This document shows, one piece after another, positions 12,964-24,370 of a DNA stretch of 64,000 nucleotides. How positions within the stretch are numbered: the first letter of the stretch is position 1; the number at the start of each line of letters is the position of its first letter. The translations under genes and the position numbers were made by a program. The DNA is from Octopus vulgaris (taxonomy: Eukaryota). The notes under the pieces were generated by a model that saw only the letters and a list, made by a program, of their open reading frames with translations, was not told the DNA's origin and did not search any database. Location: positions 434,001 to 498,000 of the forward strand of contig OX597838.1 in the NCBI GenBank assembly GCA_951406725.2, given 5' to 3'.

Positions 12964-13003
<40 letters not shown>

Positions 13004-13045
13004 GTGTATACATACATACATACACAAATCTAGGCATGCATGCAT

Positions 13046-13150
<105 letters not shown>

Positions 13151-13257
13151 TGCATATATATATATATATATACACATACATATACACACATAGACATATA
13201 TACCCGCACACAGGTGTATTAATGTTCAATCGATGCAATACAAAAAGCGTCGACAAC

Positions 13258-13744
13258 AAAATAAAATAGAAAAACTTCCAGTTTAAGTATTTAATTTTTT
13301 ATTCGATTTTTATGGATCTTTTTAGTTCAGTTTACGTTTTAAAAGTCTTTGTCATCAAAGATAAACGCTTTTGTCCATCAACAATGAGTGCGTGCAAGAT
13401 GCAAACAGCAGTTGATCTTGTGTCTTTCATTGCTATTGTAAGAGGCGCCGTGTTTCAATAATGGCCACAAAAGCAACAGAAGAGCAAATAGAATTTGCAG
13501 ATTATTGTGCATAGCGCTTTGAAAGGAAAACATTGTAGGGTTAAAGCTATAAAAGAAGGAGCAATATTACCGAGGAAGCATAAAGTGTTTCAGACTCAGA
13601 AGCATCACCAATCTCAAACATGTTGGCTATATTTTGTTTAGCAATCGTTCTTCCTCTCAGTTTCGCTGGTAAATAACTGCTCTATTATATTGATCTAACA
13701 CGATTTAATGTCTACATTTTCAAGACAGTTTATATTTCTACCAA
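13258..13744 (+). pseudogene. Inverted orphan duplicate of copy A promoter, 5' UTR and signal-peptide exon
   Basis: Near-identical (about 3 differences) reverse complement of 6862-7348. TATAAAAG 13548-13555, exon 13620-13668 (MLAIFCLAIVLPLSFA), intact GTAAAT donor; no exon 2 nearby. Confidence 0.85.
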
Positions 13745-14472
13745 CAAAGAAATTTATTCGACAAACGACTTAAACAAAAAACCTCATAAAAAAAGCCACA
13801 AAATCTCTCCGAAAACATGGCGTTGACAGTCGGAAAACTTTAACCCTCATTTTGGTATCTTCATATATTTCTTTCATTTTTTTTTTACACTGTCATACAT
13901 TATTTGTGCTTATTATTTTCCATAAGTCAACCAATTCATACTTCTTATCAACACACCACAATGCAACCACCAACATACGACTGCACTACTACCGAAACAC
14001 CCTTATACCTCCGACACATCATTAGCTAGATCCAAACTTACTAACATTATCTCAGAATGCATTAACAGAAAATAACAACTACAACATATGTAATGTTTAC
14101 AATGTGAACTTGGTCATCAAAAGGGGTCTCATGAAACCATGAAAATGGATTAAAAATAAAGAAGATTGTGTGTCGGCCAGTAGGAATGTTGTGGGATTGT
14201 GTTAACAGCAAGCGACCACTTGTTAAAGATGTGACCTCGTTTTGTAATGAATGAAGTCCTATGTGATCCCATGTGGAAGTGGTACATGCTACAATAGGGG
14301 AAACGAAGGGTAAATGAGCCATATATGGTTTAGCAAAACTGACAATTGAATATTACACAATCTCTCAGATATTTTAGCACATATCAATAAAGATATGATC
14401 GGATGTATGTGATACCAGACCTCCTCGTTGATCCTGATTTGTGTGAATCACGTGGTACTAATATTAATATTG

Positions 14473-14680
14473 ATTTCAAATTTTTGCACAAGGCCAGCAA
14501 TTTCAGGAGTAAGTCGATTACATCAACCCCAATGCTCAACTGGTACTTATTTTATCTATCCCGAGAGGATAAAAGGCAAGTCGACCTTGGCAAAATTTGA
14601 ACTCAGAACGTGAACACGGGCAAAATATCGCTAAGTATTTTGCCTGGCGTAATAACCACTTTACCAGCACGCCACCCTTT
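14473..14680 (-). mobile_element. tRNA-derived SINE (Deu/Nin-like family)
   Basis: Reverse complement of the 3454 family, flanked by the TSD-like pair TAATATTAATATTGAT / TAATATTAATATCGAT. Confidence 0.7.
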
Positions 14681-15990
14681 TCATAATATTAATATCGATA
14701 TTGATGTAGTGAGTGTATTTTGTGCTAAGATATAGAGTGAGAGATAATTACCCAGAAATAGCAGGTAGAACTCTTGCACTTCTCAACAAAAGCAAGGTAG
14801 ACCTGTCACTTTTATTTCTGGTAGCTCCTACCTCAGTGTTTGAACTAAATCAATCCTAGTCCCTTCCCACATTAGAATCTCCAGCATGCATTCAGACGTT
14901 TAAATTCAGCAGCAACTTTAAAACACATGAAAGACTGTCAACTGTGACTGGAATTGACGGAGACATCGTCCCCGACCTTTTTATGATGTGGTGGAATAAA
15001 CCAAAATAAAAAAAAAAGGAAGAAAAAGACATTAGCCTCGTCAGTAAATCTAATCCTCAGGCAGAGGAACGAATAGATGAAAATTACACCGACAAAACAT
15101 AGCAAATTAAATCCAAAAAGCATAAAGGATACTTCTGATACCTTTATAGGCATTACTCCCAATGAATTGTTAATTGGTCTCTGAGGTATGGATAAAGGGC
15201 ATCGAAACAGTGGATGCTCGATTCACATTAAAGAAACTTATGGTGGACTCATTAATGAACAAGGTAGACAGTGCCATGTCAAAAACTCCAAACCCTTGTG
15301 ACGGGTTCATAAAGGTAATTAAGAACGTGTCAGAGATGTACTCAGTCTTATGAATGGTGAGAACATGCCCAACTCTTAATCTTCCAAATGCAGTTACCTG
15401 GTTACACACAAAGGATAGTATCAGGGTGTATAAAGCAAAAGGTCCGAAAATGTTCCAAAACATGATAGTATTGGTCCTCGATATCAAAAAGATTTTAGAA
15501 CAGAGTAGTAAGATGGAGAAGCAAAATTATCGAGGTTCAAAACGTTATGCAAGAAACGGAACGATTTTTAGTGTAATATTTGTTAGATGGCTAATAAAAT
15601 TAAGAAAATCCTCTGAGAATCTCATCTCAATATCAAAAGGTGAGAGAATATCAAGCGGTGAGCTGGCAGAATCGTTACAACGCCGAGCAAAATGCTTAGA
15701 GGCGTTCCGTCCATACTTAAGTTCTGAGTTCAAATTCTGTAAAAGGCCGGATATCGTTGTTTGGGACAGGCAAGAAAAAGTATTTAATCGTCATAGAGGT
15801 CAGCTGTCCTGCTGATTTGAATATCTCTTTGATAACTAAGGAGAAAGAAGATAACTATGAACAACTGCTTCGAAACTGCCAGTTTAAAAAAAAAAATTTA
15901 TCCAGATTCTAAATTTGGATATAATGATAACACAGGTCTGCGAAATTTGAATTTTGAATTTGGAAATTGCTTTGATAATTTTACGTTACT

Positions 15991-16785
15991 TTATTACCTC
16001 TGCCAAGGAAAGAGGTTATGTTTTCATTGGTGTTGGTTTGTCCGTCTGTGTGCAAAATAACTCAAAATGTTGGGAAGAACGGTATTTGATGAAACTGGCA
16101 GGAAAAGTTGTTAATGACACAAGGAACAGATGATGAAATTTTGGTAGTGCTCCGGGAATTTTTATGGATTCTTGAAGGATTTTTCATTTGTTGTATTTTC
16201 ATTGAAGTATTACAATTTACGTTCTTTGATTATCTCCCTTGAAAACACATCGTTTTCACGTAACCTATGGTGGCGTTGCTGCTTAGAGACAGTGTTGATG
16301 ATGGCAATGGTTGAGATAAGTATAGGGGGGTGGGCGAGGATAAAATAGTTTCGGCGGTTATAATGGCGACAGGAACGGTGTGATGTGTGATGCTGAGGTG
16401 ATGGTGGTAATAGTGGTGTTGATGATAGTTTTAGTCGTGTGATGGTGGTATTGCAGTGGTCATACTGGTTGTGGTGGTGAAAGTGACTGTCAAGGTAACC
16501 GTCATGATAACATTGATGGCGGTGTATGTGGTTGAAGTGGAAGCAATGACAATGCTGATGATGATGATGTTGGTGGTTGTGAACTGCTTCAGATGATTCC
16601 TGTTTTTAAAGGCTTTTTAAAAAAAAAAAATCATATGGCTGTATTATTTTTTTTTTGACCCCCGCCAAGGAGGTTATGTTTTTGCCGGCGTTGGTTTGGG
16701 AAACTGGGCGATTTTCAGCATGCGTGTATACTGGGTGGAAATGAGCTGCTTGGCGGAGGTCTGCGCTCTCCGAGTGCTTTTCTAG
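15991..16785 (+). mobile_element. Helentron/DINE-1-like (HINE) non-autonomous element
   Basis: 5' TTATTACCTCTGCCAAGG..GAGGTTATGTTTT, subterminal inverted repeat TTGGCGGAGG at 16750, terminal hairpin GCGCTCTCCGAGTGC, then TTTTCTAGT. Confidence 0.65.
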
Positions 16786-16789
16786 TATA

Positions 16790-17275
16790 TTTTTGTGGTG
16801 CTGATTCGAAACATCAGAGAAGCTCTTTCACATCACCTAAGGTTTTTCTCACAATTTTAATGGTAAAATATCCCCAAATTTATAAATAAATACACATTGG
16901 CAGGAAAACACGAAACTAATAAAAATGAATTTGTTATTTTTATTAAGCAAACCAAAACAGCACAAATGCAATTGAATGGTGTGAAAATAGATTTTTACGA
17001 GGGTTCCATTCCTTCGTTTTAGGTTCAGCTCCTAAAATTGAAAACTATGCCTGGAACTCTTGCTTGTGAACATTTGATGGACATTAACAATCCAATATCC
17101 AGAAGTAGTTGGCCATTATACTGACGTTCCATCTTCCCTTATATCTTCTTTCCATCTTGATGAAACCTCACTCCTGCTTCTCATATCCATCCTCCAGATT
17201 TTCAGGAATGAAATCCAAATGGGAATATTGGAAATTAATTTTAATGCTCATGTTATATCCTAAGTCCCTGTGACT
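16790..17275 (-). mobile_element. Chapaev3-like (CMC) transposase C-terminal fragment
   Basis: Reverse strand reads LGYNMSIKINFQYSHLDFIPENL...RFHQD...MERRYKGRWNVSIMANYFW across frameshifts, matching the HSHLDFFPENLG-SDEQGERFHQD-YQGxW motif. Confidence 0.6.
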
Positions 17276-17913
17276 CACAACTCAAGTGTATGTTTTCAAG
17301 GTTTCCTAGTGGTGATGGGACTGGAATGTCTAGACCATGGGTAACATGTAGCAATGCATACTAGAGATTTGGATAAACATTGCTTTCCCCACTCTTCGAA
17401 TTGTGTTTGTATACCTTAGATGAGCAAAAATAGCGGTCTTCACTGTGATTTTGGGGCTTCATATCATTAGAACCCCTAAATGAAAAGACTGTTCTGCACA
17501 TTTTGTCCATGTCTTACTTATTCAACTGAAATTGAATCGGTCATATGAGGAGCCCACTTCTGATCTTGACCGCCTAATTATATACCACAACAAACATAGA
17601 TTTTTTGACAAATTCGGTAAGGTATCTAACATTTTTCAAACATAAACTCGGTACAAATCTAGCAGTGTTATCTGGGATTGCCACACTCTTCGAGAAGTCA
17701 TCCTTGCTTCAAATGATGTGGAGGTCTGTAAGGAAAAGAGAAGGAAACATTTTTTAACAACATATATTTGATTTGCCATCTCGATGTACAAACAGTATCA
17801 TAAAAGAAGCATTGAAATGTAACATGAAATAAGAAAAAAAAAACAATGTCTGGAAACCGGCTTTCTCCTCAGTGGGAGATTTATAATCATTAAAAAATCG
17901 AAGAGAGATACAT

Positions 17914-17979
<66 letters not shown>

Positions 17980-17980
17980 G

Positions 17981-18036
<56 letters not shown>

Positions 18037-18387
18037 TACACACATACATACATACATACATACATACATACATACATACATACATACATACATACATACA
18101 TACATGGATAACTGCTTCGAAATTTTCAGCTTCTACAATCAGACTACAGATTTAAATTTATACCACTTGTTTTTGTAAATAAATACCTACTTGTCAGTCT
18201 AGATAAGCTTGGATTTTCAGATGAAGAAATCAACCAACTGATTCGCACATTACAAATACAATCTGTAAGCAGAACAATAAAAATATGCAAGACTTTTCTC
18301 CGGTTTAAAATGTGACATTGTTTTCGTTACCTACATTGCAAAGAGGAAGCTTTGTATCGTTGTTAGTTGGAATGAAGTTTTGGTATT

Positions 18388-18960
18388 AGTAGTAGAGAGA
18401 CGAGAATGGATAATTGAGGCGGCGAAGATGAAGAGGTGAAGTTGGGGGGTAGTGGGAGGAATTGTTGCAAGGGGAGGACAAGTGGGAGGTCGGGAGATTG
18501 CAGACAAAGAAGCACACGAACTGAACAATCATGGGCGTACAAACAGAAAAGGGACACACACATACATTCATTCGAACCCACATATACATGCATACAAATA
18601 TACATACAATCAACATATGCATACATGAAAAACACGTGCACAATCACATTTACTGATTCACAAACAGATGGAAACACATGTGCACTTGTAGAAGGAAAGC
18701 TTTAGAGAGAGAAAAAAGCTCAAAGTTACGCGTGAGGCGGAATAAAATGGAAGAAAGGAAAAAAGTATAGAAAGACGGAGAAAAAGGAAAATAGAAAGAA
18801 AAAAGATAGACACAAAAAGTAATGAAAACATGTGAGAAGATTTTTATGGACGACTGGCTTAAAATATAAACATTGAAGCAGCGAGTGAGCTGGCATTTTA
18901 GATGAGAAGGAAATCTCGAATGCAGGAGAATAGCTGCGAGAACAGCTGAGAGGATTGGAT
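18388..18960 (+). repeat. Dispersed or older duplicated segment, second copy at ~33770-35160
   Basis: About 480 bp of near-identical sequence (GAGACG.GAATGGATAATTGAGGCG... to ...GCTTAAAAT) plus a more diverged tail; the second copy is interrupted by two insertions. Confidence 0.85.
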
Positions 18961-20513
18961 AGAATACCCTTGTAGACGGAAAAAAGTGGACAGCAAGCCG
19001 CAACAGAGAATCGAACGCTATACCTCTTACAGTTCAAAAACTATAAAAGACGGTATCTGTTGTTCGGGGTTGTTTAGTTCGATGGTACAGAGCTCTCAGC
19101 TGGAATCTGAGAGGTGCAGAGTTCGATTCTCTATAGCAGTTTTCTTTCACCCCGTCCATAAGGGTTTAGTGGGTTTCTAGCCCCCTAATTTAATATAATG
19201 TTCGGTCATTCTTCGATAGCTGTTGGAATCAAACCAGCCAGAGACAACTCGTGTGAGATTGTGAAGACGCCATGTACATAAGGAATTTATTCCGATACGG
19301 AATGAGAGTATTTCAACTGAACAGAATGGAATTTGAATAAGGCAATGCTTTCCTCTCAGTCAACAAGAAGTTTGTCTCATAGCAGGTACGGAGATGGAGA
19401 ACACCATAGCTGGTCGCAGGTGGTGTACAGGAGAAGAAAGAGAGAGTGTGTGACGTGTCCATGCACGTCATTTTATAGCAAGGTAACGTGCACCAATTAG
19501 TTGCCAGCGATGCGACAGGGGAGATAACTAAAGATGACTCATTGAAACATGACGTCACTGATTCAAATAAGGTTGCCTACAAAGGTATTTTACCAGACCC
19601 TGAAGCTATTTTCACAGCCATTTTCATGTGTTCGAGATTTTTCCTTCATATCGTCAACAGTTTGGAAACTAGTTCTGAGATAAAGTTAAAAAAAGAAAGA
19701 AAAATAAAGGAAAAAAGCGAAAAATCATTCAAAATAAATGATTTGAACTGTAAGACATGAAATTTGATAAACTACATATCATGTCCAAATTGCATTGAAA
19801 ATTCCATTAGCCAGAACGAATCAGAACCACAAACAGCAAATAGGACAGCCAGAACGGAGAAACTTGCAAGATTAGCAAATTGAAGATATTTTATTTTAGC
19901 AAATGTTTAAGGGAAAGAAATGGGACAAAACATTTTACCAACAAAATTTTCCTAGAAACAAAACACTTAACAGGTATTCTAAAAGATTTGTTGTGAATAA
20001 TAATATTCATATAACAATAGGTTTATATATAAACCATGGTTTATAATCATTCAAAAGAAAATAAGAAATTAGAGATATAGCATTTAATAAAAAATTATTA
20101 TCTGCAAAAATCAGACACAGTCCCTTACAGCTGTTTCAATCCTAAGAAGATTAAATAGCAATTATTAAAATCATTATATTAAGCACACTCTCTTCACAGG
20201 GGTAGAAGAAAGATGGGATCTTTTCCTTTTGATGGACGGAATTTTCTAGTTAACTAAACAATTTGAAACTTCGTATACTGGTAGAATGTGTCAAAAGAAA
20301 ACATTATTGTAAACAAAATTGAAGACAAAATTGTAATTTGTAAGTTTAACGTAGTTTAATTCTTCGAATTTTGTAGGCAACTAGTCCTAATGTTTTAAGT
20401 TTCAAATTTAGTTAATAGAGATTCTTCTATAAAAAAATCATGATTTTATTTCTTTAAAAAATATTGTTTAATTCTATTTGCTTATTTATTTAACTATTAT
20501 TGCTATTATTGTT

Positions 20514-20615
20514 AACCTGAAGAGTGACTATAACTTTAAATTGAATTGTTTTTAGATTAAATTCAAATTTAATTGTAATTCGAATTTAAGTTATAACCTT
20601 GAAACGTACGTAGTT
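20514..20615 (+). ncRNA. Penelope-type type I hammerhead ribozyme-like motif (probably degenerate)
   Basis: AAC-CTGAAGA-[long AT-rich stem II: TATAACTT...AAGTTATA]-GAAAC-GTAC-GTA-GTT. Confidence 0.5.
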
Positions 20616-20842
20616 TTTTTTTTACTTATTTTATATTATTATATATTGTTTATTCATTTTTGTGATCTAGTTATATGTTTTAAAAAATATATTCTATTTA
20701 TGATTTATGATTTGGTTTATATCCATTATTGTTTGAATTGCATGATAGTAGTTTTTCTCTAATTTATATATTATATTTATATTGTGAAATTTGATTTAAT
20801 ACAAAATAGAATTTTTCCCTGTAAGTTTGGAGTTATACTCCC

Positions 20843-21070
<228 letters not shown>

Positions 21071-21072
21071 CA

Positions 21073-22565
21073 GTTCTTTCGTTGCTGTGTAGAAGCGTCT
21101 GAGGTCACGAGCGTCAGCATAGCCCTGGAATTCAGTGGTTTTTTGTTGCCCCCAGTTGTTCTGCAAATCCCTCAATTTTGTTTGGCATTGTCTTTTGAAG
21201 TCTTGATATCTCACCTTTTATTGTGTCGTGATCTTGGACCTTGCGCACGAGAGAGGCGCAGCCTGCCGTTTTGCATCGATCAGCTGGCTGATTTCTTGAT
21301 CATTGTCATCAGACCTTGTCTGCTGTCTCCTTTTACTGTACCCGAGTATATTTTCATCCACTTCAGTGATGCTTTTCCGAAGTGTGCTCCATTCCTTATC
21401 CATTTCCTGGTTGTCAGATGGGATGGATTGAAGATGTTTCAGAATGGAAGATGCATAAAGGGAGCCGATCTCGAGGTTGTTAAGCTTCGATCTGTCAAAT
21501 TTTCTTCTGACTGGTTTTGTCTTTCTAGTTTTTGGTTTTTTGTTAATCATTATTCGAAGGCGATCGATGACTAATCGATGGCCTGGCCAGCAATCGTCAG
21601 CACTGTTAGCCATTCACGTGATAAGGACGTTTCTTTTTCCTCTTTGTCGGATGATGGAGTAGTCTAGGAGGTGCTAGTGTTTCGATTTGGGGTGATTCCA
21701 GGTGGTCTTGAAGCGATTTGGGAGTCGAAATTTGGTGTTGGTGATGAAGAGAGAGTGTTCAGCACACACCCCAAGGGGCAGGAATCTATTCTCATTGCAG
21801 TTTCCGACTCCTTCTTTGTTAATAACATTTTTCCATAGTCTGTTGTCAATCCACACTCTTGCATTGAAATCCCTGAGGAGGAGGTGGAGGAGGAGGAGGG
21901 GGGAGGAGCCTGTCATTTGGGGGTACATTGAAGATCAGACCACTCAGCTGTTGGTACAAGGTGTCTTCACGTTGTCATTAGTATCAAGTGTAGGTGCGTA
22001 AGCAGAAAACAGTGTCATAAAGCTGGTGACGGAGATCGGTATTCGGAGAGTCATAAGCTGTTCATTGATAGCGTTCCTTCACAAGCCTGGATTTTACAGC
22101 AAAAGCGACTCCATGAATTTTTCACTCTCCTTTTTCTTTCCCTTTTCAGAAGAACCAGGACCTTTCTCTTCAGTTTTCACTGAGGGCAGTGACGTCGATG
22201 TTAAATCTCGCCAGTTCTATGGAGACAAGAGCTATTCAACGTTCTGATCTCTCTGTGTGTTGAGGATCGAGGAGCGTTCGCACGTTCCATGTTCCAACGA
22301 TTAGTTTAATTAATTTATTTAATTAAATTTCTGTTGTTGTTCCACTGCTTGAATGGGTGTCATGCTGGACGCGGCTTACCAGCCAGGATTCTGTGGTGAC
22401 ATCCGATATTTAGCCCACCTTTTTAGGCTCTTCCCCATTCAAGGAAAGCAGCGGTGTTCCCAAATAGGTCTGCTGAGTCGGAGGTGTAGGACTGAGTCCC
22501 TGGGTTGTCACGAGGTCCCTGGAAGGTGACCATCTTTGCATCTGCCGCCAACGTGCAGGTAAGTA
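21073..22565 (-). mobile_element. RTE-clade LINE 5' part (5' UTR plus APE endonuclease), degenerate
   Basis: Reverse strand motifs VGTWNVRTLL, FSAYAPT, DFNARV, GVGNCNEN, TTWNHPKSKH and ADDCWPGHRLV; frameshifted. Confidence 0.85.
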
Positions 22566-22683
22566 CTAGAAGCTTCTTGTTTTACCAAAACTTGCTCCCA
22601 CCATCCCTACCCTATTGCCATTACGCTTTTGTAATATATACATATATATATACACACACATACTGTATATATGCATGTATACA

Positions 22684-22725
<42 letters not shown>

Positions 22726-22772
22726 CATATATATACGTATATATATATATATATATATATAGAGTGTGTGTG

Positions 22773-22841
<69 letters not shown>

Positions 22842-22853
22842 AATGCATACGTA

Positions 22854-22895
<42 letters not shown>

Positions 22896-23174
22896 AATGC
22901 ACGCATACATACACACATTCACACAAATATATGCATATATTTTTCTGTGTGTGTATGATGCGTTTGTCTATATAAATGGGAGAAAAGCACTAAACTTAAA
23001 ATAGTTTATTCGCTAAAGCTGATAATTCATAGGATTGCTACTCAAAGTTCCTTGTTATATGAGATGGTTCAGGAGAGAAAACAGTGTGAATGAAAAGACT
23101 TTGCTGTTAGTCAAAGAGATACCGACATCACGTCCTGTAAGCGACGGTAATATTGTAATAGTGACTGTGGCTAA

Positions 23175-23539
23175 GGCGGCGAGCACGCGGTATTTCGTCT
23201 GCCGCAACGTTCTCAGTTCAAATACCGCCGAGGTCGACTTTGCCTTTCATTCTTTCGGGGTCGAATAAATAAGTACCAGTTACGCACTGGGGTCGATGTA
23301 ATCGACTTAATCCGTTTGTCTGTCCTTGTTTGTCCCCTCTGTGTTTAGCCCCTGTGGGTAGTAAAGAAATAGGTATTTCTTCTGCCGCTATGTTCTGAGT
23401 TCAAATTCCACCGAGATCAACTTTGCCTTTCATCCTTTCGGGATTGATAAATTAAGTACCAGTTGCGTACTGAGGTAGATCTAATTGATTGGCCCCCTCC
23501 TACCAAATTTTGGGTTTCAGCCTAGAGTAGTAAAGAATA
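23175..23539 (+). mobile_element. Dimer-like tRNA-derived SINE upstream of protease B (copy at 35960-36324)
   Basis: Two tandem B-box/core segments; imperfect TSD AATAGTGACTGTG / AATAATGACTGTG. Confidence 0.75.
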
Positions 23540-24298
23540 ATGACTGTGATTGGTTGAGTCGTGTGAAAGAAATTGAAATGCAGAAGTTCGTTGATAACTT
23601 CTTCGGGAATTCCTGTGAGTGTTCCGTTTCTGTTTCGGGGCCTCCTAATTGAACAAACGGGATTCCATAAAGTCAGTAATTATATCCGTTGATTATCAGC
23701 ACCTGAGGGCTTTGGCATGCGTCAAATGCACACACATACATACATACATACATACATACATACATACATACATACATACATACATACATACATACATACA
23801 ACATACATTATTCATATGCATGCATGCATGTATGTATGTGTATTATGTGTGTGTATGTATGAATGTATGTATGTATGTATGTATGTATGTATGTATGTAT
23901 GTATGTTTGTATGTATGTATGTATGTATGTGTGTGTGTGTATGTATGTATGTATGTATAACGTATCTTATGTATGTGAACGCAAAAATTAAGCAACATTA
24001 CTGGCATCAGCAAGACAGTACAATTAAAGAAGAACGGACTAAAAGCTACTAAGTAGCCTTTAGTTCATCTTTTTAAAGTTCTTTTATAATTTACGAACCT
24101 TTGTCGTTCGCACAAATGGCGTCACCATGAACAGTTTCTAAAGAAAAGCCGTAGACCGTAATTGATCCCGAGTCTCGCATTGTCATTGGAAGTGTTACCG
24201 TGCTTTAACAAAAGTTACAAAAGAAATCTACGTTTTTTTAAAGAACTTCCACTTATTGAGAATTGCGCTTTGAAAAGAAATCCTTGCCGAGTTAAAGC

Positions 24299-24306
24299 TA
24301 TAAAAG
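24299..24306 (+). promoter_or_regulatory. TATA box of protease B
   Basis: TATAAAAG 72 nt upstream of ATG 24371. Confidence 0.75.
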
Positions 24307-24370
24307 AAGGAGCAATATTACCGAGGAAGCATAAAGTGTTTCAGACTCAGAAGCATCACCAATCTCAAAC

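Noticed and set aside
15354-15815. 153-aa ORF
   Set aside because: Chimera of unidentified sequence, a SINE head and an RLE LINE scrap (RPDIVVWD); no coherent gene structure.
22300-22565. HDV-like ribozyme in the RTE 5' UTR
   Set aside because: Expected for the clade, but I could not assign a convincing nested double pseudoknot by eye.
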